A stretch of DNA of 64,000 bases from an uncultured Clostridia bacterium (GCA_934162255.1 CAKPIG010000003.1:84665-148664), one strand, 5' to 3'. Counted from the stretch's first letter, positions 19,029 to 29,003 are shown. The notes: a model not told the origin generated them from the letters alone. Numbers and translations are program-made.

Positions 19029-21746
19029 ATGGAAGAAAAATATTTTAACAAAGATGTAGAAATAATAGAAAAAGAACTTGAAACAAATAAAAAAAATGGA
19101 TTAAGCAAAGAAAAAATCGAAGAAAAAACAAGAAAATATGGTTTCAATGAATTAAGAGAAAAGAAAAAAGATTCTATATTCAAAAAATTCATAGAGCAAT
19201 TTAAAGACTTTTCAATAATTGTACTTATAATAGCTGCAATAGTTTCAGGGGTGGTAGGCGTAGCACAAGGTGAAGGAATGACGGACACAATAATAATATT
19301 AATAGTTGTATTACTAAATGCAGTTATAGGTGTAGCACAAGAAAGTAAAGCAGAAAAATCATTAGAAGCCTTAAGAAAACTAAGTAGTCATGCTGCAAAA
19401 GTAATAAGAGATGGAAAGGAAATAGTAATACCTGCAAGAGAGCTTGTGCCAGGAGATTTGGTAATACTAGAAACAGGAGATTATGTGTCAGCTGACTTAA
19501 GAATAATAGAATCAGTAAACTTAAAAGCACAGGAGGCATCTCTTACAGGAGAATCAGTTCCAGTAGAAAAAATATCAGAAGTAATAAATGAAAATGAAGT
19601 CAGCATCGGAGACAGAAAAAATATGTTATTTTCATCAAGTCTAATAACATATGGTAGAGGAAAAGCAATAGTAGTAAAAACAGGAATGAATACAGAAGTT
19701 GGAAAAATTGCAGGAATGATGAATGAAACTGAAAAGCAAGAAACACCACTTCAAAAAAGACTAAATAGTTTAGGTAAAACTCTAGGAATTGCAGCATTGG
19801 TAATATGTGCAGTAATATTTGTGATAGGTTTATTACAAGGAAAAAATGTAATAGATATGTTTATGACAGCTGTTTCACTTGCAGTTGCAGTAATACCTGA
19901 AGGACTTGTTGCAGTATCAACAATAGTGTTAGCAATTGGCGTTCAAAAAATGGTAAAAAAGAATGCAATAGTCAAAAAATTGCCAGCTGTTGAAACTCTA
20001 GGAAGTAGCACAGTAATTTGCTCAGATAAAACAGGAACATTAACACAAAACAAGATGACAGTTCAAAAAATATTTTGTAATGATGTTACAACGGATGTGG
20101 GTCAAGTAGAAACAAATTCAGATTTAGAAAAGCTTATATATAATTGCATGTTATGTAATGATGCGAGAATATTAGAAGACGGAAGCTTGGCAGGAGACCC
20201 AACAGAAACAGCATTAACAGATTTAGCCATCAATTTAGAATATGAAGAATCAGTATATAGAAATAATTTGAGAGTAGAAGAAGTACCATTTGATTCTGAA
20301 AGAAAACTTATGACTACAATAAATGAGAACAATGGAAAATACACAGTTTATACAAAAGGTGGATTAGATGAATTGCTTGCAATTTGTAGTTCTTATTTAT
20401 TTAAAGGAGAAGTTAAATATAACTTAAATGAATATGCAAGCTGGATAAGAGAAAATAATGAGAATATGGCAAAAGAAGCCTTAAGAGTACTTGCATTTGC
20501 ATATAAAGAATTAGACCATATGCCATCAAAAGATGAAATGAAAGAAATCGAAAAAGATTTAACATTCATAGGAATGGTTGGCATGATTGACCCTCCAAGA
20601 GAAGAGGCAAAAAAAGCAGTAGAGAAGTGTAAAAGAGCTGGAATAAAAACAGTAATGATTACAGGTGACCACAAAATCACAGCTGTTGCAATTGCAAAAA
20701 AATTAGGAATACTAGAAAATGATGAAGAAGCATTAACAGGTAAAGAATTAGATAATATATCTGATGAAGAATTAGAAAAAAATATAAGAAAATATTCAGT
20801 TTATGCAAGAGTATCACCTGAACACAAAGTACGTATAGTTAAAGCATGGCAAAAAAATGGAGAAGTAGTTGCAATGACTGGAGATGGAGTAAATGATAGT
20901 CCAGCACTAAAAACATCAGATATAGGTTGTGCAATGGGAATGGTAGGAACAGAAGTAGCAAAAGAAGCTGCAGATGTAATATTAACAGATGATAATTTTG
21001 CAACTATAGTTTCAGCAGTTGAAGAAGGTAGAAGAATTTATGACAATATACTAAAAGTTATACAATTTCTAATATCATGCAATGTAGGAGAAGTTGTTGT
21101 ATTACTTTTAGCAACACTAGGAGCACCACTTATTTGTAAAATATTTGGAATATCAAATGTTGCAGCATTACAAGTCTTAATGCCAATTCATATTTTATGG
21201 ATAAATCTGGTTACAGATACTTTTCCAGCATTAGCATTAGCATTCGACCCAGCCAATAAAGATATAATGAATAGAAAGTCAATAAAAAAAGATGAAGGAA
21301 TTTTCACAAAAGGAAGAACATTCAGAATTGTTTACCAAGGAATCATGATAGGAATTCTTACGCTTATAGCATTTTTGATTGGATTAGGAACTACAGATAC
21401 AGCAATAAATGGACTTACATTAGAACAAACTAAAATCGAAGTAGGGCAAACAATGGCATTTACAGTATTAGCATTTTCAGAATTAATACATGTATTCAAT
21501 ATAAGGGATAATAAAAATTCTATATTTAAAACAGGAATATTAGGAAATAACATATTAATATTAGCTGTATTAGCTTCTGCATTATTAATGGGTATTATCT
21601 TAATAATTCCATCACTAAGAGCAATTTTCAGTATACCTATATTGCCAGCAGGAAATATATTAGAAATAATATTACTTATAGTAGCACCAATAATTATTGT
21701 TGAGATTTTAAAATTGTTTAGAATAAATACAGTTAAAGGAGAATAG
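19029..21746 (+). CDS. P-type (P2, Ca2+/Mn2+-type) cation-transporting ATPase
   Basis: CSDKTGTLTQN phosphorylation motif, TGES, MITGDH and TGDGVNDSPALK. AAGGAAG RBS before ATG 19029; the track ORF starts at 19005. Confidence 0.9.
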   Translation: MEEKYFNKDVEIIEKELETNKKNGLSKEKIEEKTRKYGFNELREKKKDSIFKKFIEQFKDFSIIVLIIAAIVSGVVGVAQGEGMTDTIIILIVVLLNAVIGVAQESKAEKSLEALRKLSSHAAKVIRDGKEIVIPARELVPGDLVILETGDYVSADLRIIESVNLKAQEASLTGESVPVEKISEVINENEVSIGDRKNMLFSSSLITYGRGKAIVVKTGMNTEVGKIAGMMNETEKQETPLQKRLNSLGKTLGIAALVICAVIFVIGLLQGKNVIDMFMTAVSLAVAVIPEGLVAVSTIVLAIGVQKMVKKNAIVKKLPAVETLGSSTVICSDKTGTLTQNKMTVQKIFCNDVTTDVGQVETNSDLEKLIYNCMLCNDARILEDGSLAGDPTETALTDLAINLEYEESVYRNNLRVEEVPFDSERKLMTTINENNGKYTVYTKGGLDELLAICSSYLFKGEVKYNLNEYASWIRENNENMAKEALRVLAFAYKELDHMPSKDEMKEIEKDLTFIGMVGMIDPPREEAKKAVEKCKRAGIKTVMITGDHKITAVAIAKKLGILENDEEALTGKELDNISDEELEKNIRKYSVYARVSPEHKVRIVKAWQKNGEVVAMTGDGVNDSPALKTSDIGCAMGMVGTEVAKEAADVILTDDNFATIVSAVEEGRRIYDNILKVIQFLISCNVGEVVVLLLATLGAPLICKIFGISNVAALQVLMPIHILWINLVTDTFPALALAFDPANKDIMNRKSIKKDEGIFTKGRTFRIVYQGIMIGILTLIAFLIGLGTTDTAINGLTLEQTKIEVGQTMAFTVLAFSELIHVFNIRDNKNSIFKTGILGNNILILAVLASALLMGIILIIPSLRAIFSIPILPAGNILEIILLIVAPIIIVEILKLFRINTVKGE

Positions 21747-21775
21747 CAAAATCAGCTATTCTCTTTTTATATAAT

Positions 21776-22465
21776 TTATACATTATTAGAAGAATTTCCG
21801 CAAATTGCAGGAGGTTCTTTAAAAGATAAATACCAACTCAAACCATTATTATTTTGATTAATATAATTTAACCTTTCTTGTAAAAGTGGAAATGTTTTAG
21901 GTGAAGGCATTATCACAGGTTTTCCGGGAATCCAGTTTGCAGGAGTAACTGAAGAGCTACATTCAGAAATTTGTAATGCTTCAATAATTCTGATTATTTC
22001 GGGAATAAATCTACCTATGTTTAGAGGATACACAAGTATTACTCTAATAATACCTTTATCATCTATAATATAAACATTTCTTACAGTTTCAGTAGAACTT
22101 ATATCACTTGCAATCATTCCATACTTTCTGGCTATTGAGCCATTTCTATCTGCAATAATAGGAAAGGGTAAAACAATTCCAGTCATGCAGTAAATATCTT
22201 GCATCCATGCCAAATGTGAAGGATTACTATCAATACTTAATCCTAATAGGCAAGTATTAAGTTTTTGAAAATAGGGGAAGGCCTTTGCAAATGCAATCAT
22301 TTCAGTTGTACAGACAGGGGTAAAATCGCCTGGATGTGAAAAAAATACAAGCCATTTACCTTTAAAGTCATCTAACTTAACAGGACCATATGTAGATTCT
22401 GCAGTAAAATCTGGAGCAGGTTGACCTATTTTTACATTTCCATTCATTAATAATTCATAGTCCAT
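21776..22465 (-). CDS. Peroxiredoxin (AhpC/TSA family, Prx6-like)
   Basis: FSHPGDFTPVCTTE motif. AAAGGAG RBS 8 nt upstream of ATG 22465. The track ORF extension to 22549 runs through a terminator. Confidence 0.9.
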   Translation of the reverse strand: MDYELLMNGNVKIGQPAPDFTAESTYGPVKLDDFKGKWLVFFSHPGDFTPVCTTEMIAFAKAFPYFQKLNTCLLGLSIDSNPSHLAWMQDIYCMTGIVLPFPIIADRNGSIARKYGMIASDISSTETVRNVYIIDDKGIIRVILVYPLNIGRFIPEIIRIIEALQISECSSSVTPANWIPGKPVIMPSPKTFPLLQERLNYINQNNNGLSWYLSFKEPPAICGNSSNNV

Positions 22466-22520
22466 ATAAAAAACTCCTTTCATTATATTGTATTTTAGAA
22501 AAGAGTTTTTGTTACTTTTA

Positions 22521-22552
22521 CAAAAGAAAAAGGTGTAGCAAGAAGCCACACC
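22521..22552 (-). terminator. Intrinsic terminator of the adhesin gene
   Basis: Minus strand: GGUGUGGC-UUCUU-GCUACACC followed by UUUUUCUUUU. Confidence 0.8.
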
Positions 22553-22566
22553 CTTTCTTTAGTCAA

Positions 22567-24909
22567 TTAGCGATGATATTTCTTTTTCGTAGATGCTAAA
22601 ATTAATAAGCAACCAGAAAGAGAGAGTAAGCAGATAGCAAATAATAAAGTACTATCTGTTTCATCGCCAGTCTTCGGAGTTAATACAGAAGCAGCCTTGA
22701 TAGGTGTACTTGAAGTTACAACTTCTTCTTCATGATGAGAATGATTATCATCACTCTTGGAAGGTTCTTCAGGTTTTACCTCCGGCTTTTTGTCCGGATC
22801 TTTAGGCGGATCAGGTTTCTTTGGATCTTCGGGCTTAGGGCCGTCAGGATCTTTTTTACCTCCATCATCCTTTTTAACATTGGTAATTTCAATAGTTGTG
22901 ATATCCTTTGCAGAAATTGTAAAGGAAATATCTTCGGAAAGCTTTTCGTAACCATCAGGAGAAGAGATTTCTCTTAAATAGTACTGAATGTCTTTCTTTT
23001 CCCATGTTCTTGTTTCTTTATTGTAAACATAGTAATGAGAAATGATATATTTTACTTCACAACTACCATTTTCGGTTACCAATGCTGCAGCCTTAGATTC
23101 ATCAGTGGTGAAATAGCCTTTGCCATTTTCATCCAGAGCGTAATAATAAGTTACTTTGTTTTCAGAACCATCTTCTGCAATTTCTACTTTATAATAGTAG
23201 AGATTAAATGTTGCAGGAGTAGTAATTAGTTCACCAGTTTCACTATCAACTTTGTTAATAGTAATATCACCATCGATCTGCTCCAATGTGATTGCATTAT
23301 ACCATGAGAGCTCATAATACTGATAGGAATTGTTAGTCCAAGGACCATCAATTCCAAATACCATGGACAGAGCAAGTTTGCTTGCATCTTCCTTAGTAAG
23401 CCCAGCAGAAGTAGCCTGCATTAACCAATCATTAACCTGACTCCAGATACCGTTGGTATCATCCATATAGTCTTTAACACCAATGCCCCAATTGTGCCAA
23501 GCACTACCATTTTTGATGAAATCTTCCTGTGTACTCTTGTCACCAAAAGCGAAATTAAGAAGTTCATCATAGAAGAACTTGTAACTTGAAGTAGCAAGTT
23601 CTTCTTCAGGCCACTTGAACTGAATCTTAAAATTACCATTACCCAAATCTTTAATAATAGCAATGCTATTTAAATTAGGATAATTATTTTTTAAGTCGTC
23701 AAGTTTAGTACTTGAAACAATGTACTGATGATCAGCTAAGCCACCTTGCATATTCATGATTTTCTCAGGGTGTTCAGAATAGAGCTCTTCAAAAGATGAA
23801 TAGGTAGTTCCAAGCTGGTTATTATAATAACTTAACATATAGTCAGTTAATGCATTTTCACCAGTGAAACCTTTCTGTTCGAGATAACCGTAAATATTTG
23901 AAACCATATCTACAGTAATCCTTGAAGAGGATGTAACCCCGAAAAGTTCCTGAATAGGCTTACTCTTTGAAAGAGCGCCAACATAATCCCAGGGTAATGT
24001 ATTTCCATCAAATCCTTCAAAATCTGAAAGATCTTCACTATCTCTATCTGATGTGTCAGTTGTTTCGAGAACAAAAGAGCCATTCTTATATACATAAGTA
24101 TGACCATTTGAAGTCGTGATTTCGATATCGATAGGATTGGAATCGCTAGGGAGCAGAGGATAAGATCCATCTTTTCCAGTCTGTTCTTTGAAATACTGGT
24201 TCATGGCCTGAATTACTTCTGATAAGTCAATTACTAAGTCACCTTCAGCATCTTCAGAGATGTTATAATAAATCTTGAAGACACCATCTTCTAAAGTTGT
24301 ATCATAAATTGATGAAACACCTTTTGAAGTGGTAGGTTGAGACTTCTCAGCAATTGCAGGTGTTGAGTTTTCTGCAGGTGTAGGAGCATTCAATAATGCG
24401 GGAACATTAGCTTCAGCGTTTTCAGTTACATCGTCAGTGGTAGAGTTGAGAGCAGAATTAATTTCAATGTCAGTAATCTCTTCAACTGGTTCTTCTACAA
24501 CTTCAGGTTTAGACTCTGAGTTTGAATCTTCAATAACTTCTGAAGAATTTTCAACTACTTCTCCACTTGTATTTTCTACAGGTTTTGTAATAGGAAGTTC
24601 AGAGTCTTCGTTAACGGGTTCCGGCTTGAATGAGTCATCGGTGGCAGGTTCAGGAGAAGCAACTTCAATTACATCTGGTGTGGATACATCAATTGTAATT
24701 GATTCTGAAGAACTATTAACAGGCTCAGAAGGTGTTTCAGAAACTGACTCGGAAACCGACTCAGATACTGATTCAGAAACTGTTACAGCTTCAGATAAAT
24801 CTTCTGCGTGAGTTGTCATAGGCTGAAGTGAGGAGCCTAACATGGCAACTGTTAATAAAGTTACGATTGGTTTTAAAAACCGTTTTCTCTTTTCCTTGCC
24901 TTTCTTCAT
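22567..24909 (-). CDS. Sortase-anchored cell-wall surface protein / putative adhesin
   Basis: N-terminal signal peptide. The C-terminus reads LTPKTGDE, then a hydrophobic span, then KKKYHR, which is a PxTG-type sorting signal. A SESV repeat, a Pro/Lys/Asp-rich spacer and a Cna-B/SpaA-like REISSPDGYE motif are also present. Confidence 0.85.
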   Translation of the reverse strand: MKKGKEKRKRFLKPIVTLLTVAMLGSSLQPMTTHAEDLSEAVTVSESVSESVSESVSETPSEPVNSSSESITIDVSTPDVIEVASPEPATDDSFKPEPVNEDSELPITKPVENTSGEVVENSSEVIEDSNSESKPEVVEEPVEEITDIEINSALNSTTDDVTENAEANVPALLNAPTPAENSTPAIAEKSQPTTSKGVSSIYDTTLEDGVFKIYYNISEDAEGDLVIDLSEVIQAMNQYFKEQTGKDGSYPLLPSDSNPIDIEITTSNGHTYVYKNGSFVLETTDTSDRDSEDLSDFEGFDGNTLPWDYVGALSKSKPIQELFGVTSSSRITVDMVSNIYGYLEQKGFTGENALTDYMLSYYNNQLGTTYSSFEELYSEHPEKIMNMQGGLADHQYIVSSTKLDDLKNNYPNLNSIAIIKDLGNGNFKIQFKWPEEELATSSYKFFYDELLNFAFGDKSTQEDFIKNGSAWHNWGIGVKDYMDDTNGIWSQVNDWLMQATSAGLTKEDASKLALSMVFGIDGPWTNNSYQYYELSWYNAITLEQIDGDITINKVDSETGELITTPATFNLYYYKVEIAEDGSENKVTYYYALDENGKGYFTTDESKAAALVTENGSCEVKYIISHYYVYNKETRTWEKKDIQYYLREISSPDGYEKLSEDISFTISAKDITTIEITNVKKDDGGKKDPDGPKPEDPKKPDPPKDPDKKPEVKPEEPSKSDDNHSHHEEEVVTSSTPIKAASVLTPKTGDETDSTLLFAICLLSLSGCLLILASTKKKYHR
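24737..24784. repeat. Four imperfect 12-nt tandem repeats encoding (SESV)n
   Basis: The four units are tcagaaactgac, tcggaaaccgac, tcagatactgat and tcagaaactgtt. Confidence 0.85.
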
Positions 24910-24975
24910 TGTAAAACCTCCTTTTTGACTAAAAAATTTTCAAGGTACGAGTGCATTACTACACTTTACACGACT

Positions 24976-25004
24976 ATTTTACTACAGAAAACAAAATATG
25001 TCAA
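24976..25004 (-). promoter_or_regulatory. Sigma-A type promoter of the adhesin gene
   Basis: Minus strand: TTGACA, 17 nt, TAAAAT. About 65 nt of 5' UTR before the ATG. Confidence 0.6.
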
Positions 25005-25064
25005 ATATTTCCAGCATTTTTTGTATGAAAATGTAAATTTTTTGTGAACGTTTTATAAAATCAC

Positions 25065-25093
25065 TTGACTTTTTTGGGGTAAAATACTAAAAT
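25065..25093 (+). promoter_or_regulatory. Sigma-A type promoter of the ABC exporter pair
   Basis: TTGACT at 25065-25070, 17-nt spacer, TAAAAT at 25088-25093. Confidence 0.6.
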
Positions 25094-25139
25094 ATAAAAA
25101 TTAGGCGAACAAATGTTGAATATATGAAGGAGGAAAATA

Positions 25140-26906
25140 ATGTTAAAATTATTAAAAAACTTTAGCAAAAAAGAATGGCTTTGTGCTATCATCTGCTTTA
25201 TTTTAGTTTTTTCACAAGTATGGCTAGAATTAAAAATGCCAGATTATATGTCAGAAATAACAAAATTAGTTCAAACTGAAGGAAGTTCAATGAAAGATAT
25301 ACTAATAAATGGTGGGTATATGTTAGCATGTGCGTTTGGAAGTTTGATTGCAGCAATAATAACAGGATATATAACATCTAAATTATCATCAAATTTTGCT
25401 AAAAACATAAGAAAGAAAATATTTAAAAAAGTAGAAGATTTAAGTATGCAAGAAGTAAAACAATTTTCTACAAGTAGTTTAATTACAAGAACTACAAATG
25501 ATGTAACTCAAATTGAAATGCTTGTAGCTATGGGATTACAACTTTTAATAAAAGCACCTATAACTGCAGTATGGGCTGTAACAAAAATTTTAAACAAAAG
25601 CTGGCAATGGAGTACAATCACAGGTATAGCAGTTGTAATACTATTATCTGTAATAATAACAATAATGTTAATTGTATTACCAAGATTTAAGAGAGTTCAA
25701 AAATTAATAGATAAATTAAATGGAGTAACTCGTGAAAATCTTACAGGTATAAGAGTTGTAAGAGCATTTAATGCAGAAAAATATCAAGAAGATAAATTTG
25801 AGGAAGCAAATAATAACTTAACAAACCAACAATTATTTAATCAAAGAGTATTTGCAGTTATGCAACCAGTAATGTATTTAATAATGTATGGTGTTACACT
25901 TTCAATATACTTTATGGGAGCTTATTTAATAAGAGATGCAATGATGGCAGATAAAATAACACTATTTGGAAATATGGTTGTATTTAGTTCATATGCTATG
26001 CAAGTAATTATGGCATTTTTAATGCTTGCTATGATATTTATGATGTTACCAAGAGCACAAGTATCAGCTAATCGTATAAATGAAGTGCTAGAAACAGAAA
26101 TAAGTATAAAAGACGGAAATAAATCTGATAATTCAGTAGAAGTAGAAACTGGAACAGTTGAATTCAAAAATGTATCATTCAAATATCCAGATGCAGATGA
26201 ATATTTATTAAAAGACATATCTTTTAAAGCAAACAAAGGAGAAACTGTTGCATTTATAGGCTCAACAGGAAGTGGAAAATCAACATTAATAAATTTAGTA
26301 CCTAGATTTTATGATGCAACAGAAGGAGAAGTTCTTGTTGATGGAATAAATGTAAAAGAATATACACAAGAATACTTACATAACAAAATAGGATATGTAC
26401 CTCAAAAAGCTGTAATGTTTGATGGAACAGTATCTACAAATGTTGCATATGGAGATAATGGCAAAGAAAAACCTGAAAAAGAAAAAATAAAAAAAGCGAT
26501 TGAAGTTGCACAAGGAAAAGACTTTGTAGAAAAAATGGATAATCAATATGATGCACATATAGCACAAGGTGGAACAAATGTATCTGGTGGACAAAAACAA
26601 AGGTTAGCAATAGCAAGAGCAATAGCAAGAAATCCTGAAATATACATTTTTGATGATAGTTTTTCAGCATTAGATTATAAAACAGATAGTGTATTAAGAA
26701 AAGAATTAAAAAAATACACAAAAGATGCAACATCATTAATAGTCGCTCAAAGAATAGGAACTATTATGAATGCAGATCAAATAATTGTATTAGATGAAGG
26801 AAAAATTGCAGGAAAAGGAACACATAAAGAATTATTAAAAAATTGTGAAGTGTATAAGCAAATTGCATTATCACAATTATCAAAGGAGGAATTAGACAAT
26901 GAGTAA
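25140..26906 (+). CDS. ABC exporter, fused permease/ATPase half-transporter (heterodimer partner 1)
   Basis: Six-TM-type N-terminal domain. Walker A GSTGSGKST, signature VSGGQKQR, Walker B IFDDSFSALD. Confidence 0.9.
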   Translation: MLKLLKNFSKKEWLCAIICFILVFSQVWLELKMPDYMSEITKLVQTEGSSMKDILINGGYMLACAFGSLIAAIITGYITSKLSSNFAKNIRKKIFKKVEDLSMQEVKQFSTSSLITRTTNDVTQIEMLVAMGLQLLIKAPITAVWAVTKILNKSWQWSTITGIAVVILLSVIITIMLIVLPRFKRVQKLIDKLNGVTRENLTGIRVVRAFNAEKYQEDKFEEANNNLTNQQLFNQRVFAVMQPVMYLIMYGVTLSIYFMGAYLIRDAMMADKITLFGNMVVFSSYAMQVIMAFLMLAMIFMMLPRAQVSANRINEVLETEISIKDGNKSDNSVEVETGTVEFKNVSFKYPDADEYLLKDISFKANKGETVAFIGSTGSGKSTLINLVPRFYDATEGEVLVDGINVKEYTQEYLHNKIGYVPQKAVMFDGTVSTNVAYGDNGKEKPEKEKIKKAIEVAQGKDFVEKMDNQYDAHIAQGGTNVSGGQKQRLAIARAIARNPEIYIFDDSFSALDYKTDSVLRKELKKYTKDATSLIVAQRIGTIMNADQIIVLDEGKIAGKGTHKELLKNCEVYKQIALSQLSKEELDNE

Positions 26907-28950
26907 TGAAAACAAAATAAAAACTCCTAAAAAAATGCCAATGGGCAGACCTGGTAGTCCAATGAGTGGTGCCAGAGAAAAAGCAAAAGATTTTAAAGGT
27001 GCAATAAAAAGATTATTTAAAGAATTAGAAAAATTTAGAATTGCTATATTGATATCATTAATATTATCAATAATAGGAGCAGTATTATCTATTTTTGCCC
27101 CAAATCAATTATCAAAAGTAACTGATGAAATTCAAAAAGGATTAGTTGTAAATAAAGATAATTTGCAACAATTAATAACAAATATTCAATTAGAATCAGC
27201 TCAGGGACAATTTACAGATATCGAAATTGATAATACTGTAATTTCTGTAGAAGACCAATATAAATGTATGCAAATAATGAGCAGCATAAGTGATCAATCT
27301 GATGTAAATGAAATTTACAAGAAAATAGATGAAATGCCTGAAAGTGTTCAAAAAATTGTAAAACCAATAATGGATATTGATGCAATAAAGAAAATTGTAT
27401 ATTTCTTAATAGGTTTATATTTATTTAGTGCATTATGTACATTTATCCAATCATTAGCTATGACAAATGTTGCAAATAATTTTGCGAGAAATTTGAGAAG
27501 TAGGATTTCTGAAAAAATAAATAAACTACCATTAAGTTATTTTGACAAACATCAATCAGGAGATACTCTCTCAAGAGTAACAAATGATGTTGATACAATT
27601 GCACAAACAATGAATCAATCATTAGGAAGTTTAGTAAGTAATATAACATTATTTTTAGGTTCAATAATAATGATGTTTTATACAAACTGGATAATGGCAA
27701 TAACAGCTATAGTATCAAGCTTACTAGGCTTTGGAGGAATGTTTGCAATATTAGGAAGATCTCAAAAATACTTTATTGCAAAGCAAGAAGAATTAGGTAA
27801 ATTAAATGGTCATATAGAAGAAATATACTCAGGTTTGAATGTTGTAAAAGCATATAATGGAAAAAAAGAATCTGATATTAAATTTGATTCATTAAATGCA
27901 AAAGTATGCACAGCAAACCAAAAGAGTCAATTTTTATCAGGAATTATGCAACCATTAATGGGCTTTATAGGAAACTTTGGATATGTTGCTGTATGTGTTG
28001 TAGGAGCATTGCTTGCTACTAATGATATGATTTCATTTGGAGTAATAGTAGCATTTATAACATATGTAAGATTATTTACAAACCCATTATCACAAATAGC
28101 ACAAAGTTTAACATCACTACAATCAACTGCAGCTGCAAGTGAAAGAGTATTTGAATTTATAGATGAAAAAGAAATGCCAGAAGAATCAGAAATAACAAAA
28201 ACACTTGATAAAAATCAAGTTAAAGGAAATATTGAATTTGATAATGTAGTATTTAAATATGATGATAATGATAATCCTACAATAAAGAACTTTACTGCAA
28301 AGGCAAAAGCTGGACAAAAAATAGCAATTGTTGGTCCAACAGGTGCAGGAAAAACAACAATGGTTAATCTTTTAATGAAATTTTATGATATAGATTCCGG
28401 AGATATTAAAATAGATGGGATATCAACAAAAGAACTTTCTAGAGAAAATATTCACAGTCTATTTACAATGGTTCTTCAAGACACATGGTTATTTGATGGA
28501 ACTGTAAAAGAAAATATAGTATATAATCAAGAAAATGTTTCTGATGAAAAAGTAAAAGAAGTTTGTAAAGAAGTAGGATTACATCATTTTATTCAAACAT
28601 TACCACATGGATATGATTCTGAACTAAATGAAAATGATAGTGTATCAGCTGGACAAAGGCAATTACTTACAATAGTAAGAGGAATGATTCAAGATGCGCC
28701 ATTTTTAATACTTGATGAAGCAACATCTAATGTAGATACAAGAACAGAAGAGCTTGTTCAAAAAGCAATGGATAAACTTACAGAGGGAAGAACATCATTT
28801 ATAATTGCACATAGACTTTCAACAATAAAAAATGCGGACTTGATTCTTGTAATGAAAGAAGGAAATATTATTGAACAAGGAAATCATGAAGAATTAATGA
28901 GCAAAAATGGAGCATATGCAGAATTATATAATTCTCAATTTGAACTATAA
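26899..28950 (+). CDS. ABC exporter, fused permease/ATPase half-transporter (heterodimer partner 2)
   Basis: Walker A GPTGAGKTT, signature VSAGQRQL, Walker B ILDEATSNVD. Overlaps partner 1 by 8 nt. Confidence 0.9.
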   Translation: MSNENKIKTPKKMPMGRPGSPMSGAREKAKDFKGAIKRLFKELEKFRIAILISLILSIIGAVLSIFAPNQLSKVTDEIQKGLVVNKDNLQQLITNIQLESAQGQFTDIEIDNTVISVEDQYKCMQIMSSISDQSDVNEIYKKIDEMPESVQKIVKPIMDIDAIKKIVYFLIGLYLFSALCTFIQSLAMTNVANNFARNLRSRISEKINKLPLSYFDKHQSGDTLSRVTNDVDTIAQTMNQSLGSLVSNITLFLGSIIMMFYTNWIMAITAIVSSLLGFGGMFAILGRSQKYFIAKQEELGKLNGHIEEIYSGLNVVKAYNGKKESDIKFDSLNAKVCTANQKSQFLSGIMQPLMGFIGNFGYVAVCVVGALLATNDMISFGVIVAFITYVRLFTNPLSQIAQSLTSLQSTAAASERVFEFIDEKEMPEESEITKTLDKNQVKGNIEFDNVVFKYDDNDNPTIKNFTAKAKAGQKIAIVGPTGAGKTTMVNLLMKFYDIDSGDIKIDGISTKELSRENIHSLFTMVLQDTWLFDGTVKENIVYNQENVSDEKVKEVCKEVGLHHFIQTLPHGYDSELNENDSVSAGQRQLLTIVRGMIQDAPFLILDEATSNVDTRTEELVQKAMDKLTEGRTSFIIAHRLSTIKNADLILVMKEGNIIEQGNHEELMSKNGAYAELYNSQFEL

Positions 28951-28956
28951 AATAGG

Positions 28957-29003
28957 AAATAAACTAGTAGTGAATAAAAAATTCATTATTAGTTTATTTT
29001 TTT
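28957..29003 (+). terminator. Intrinsic terminator
   Basis: 19-nt arms AAATAAACTAGTAGTGAAT / ATTCATTATTAGTTTATTT with an internal mismatch block, followed by a T-run. Confidence 0.65.

Noticed and set aside
22466-22549. N-terminal extension of the peroxiredoxin ORF
   Set aside because: The extension runs through the adhesin terminator hairpin. The internal ATG at 22465 has a proper AAAGGAG RBS and gives the normal Prx N-terminus.
24437-24811. 124-aa plus-strand ORF rich in Ser/Thr/Glu
   Set aside because: It lies antisense to the acidic, serine-rich N-terminal region of the adhesin gene. It has no RBS and is an artefact of the low-complexity repeat.
22567-24909. Thioester (TQxA) or internal isopeptide adhesin domains
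   Set aside because: The mature protein has essentially no cysteine in the relevant region and no TQxA(I/V)W motif. Only a single Cna-B/SpaA-like motif is visible, so no cross-link chemistry is claimed.
24910-24975. c-di-GMP riboswitch upstream of the sortase-anchored adhesin, as in C. difficile
   Set aside because: The 5' UTR from the predicted promoter is only about 65 nt and shows no GEMM-type helices.
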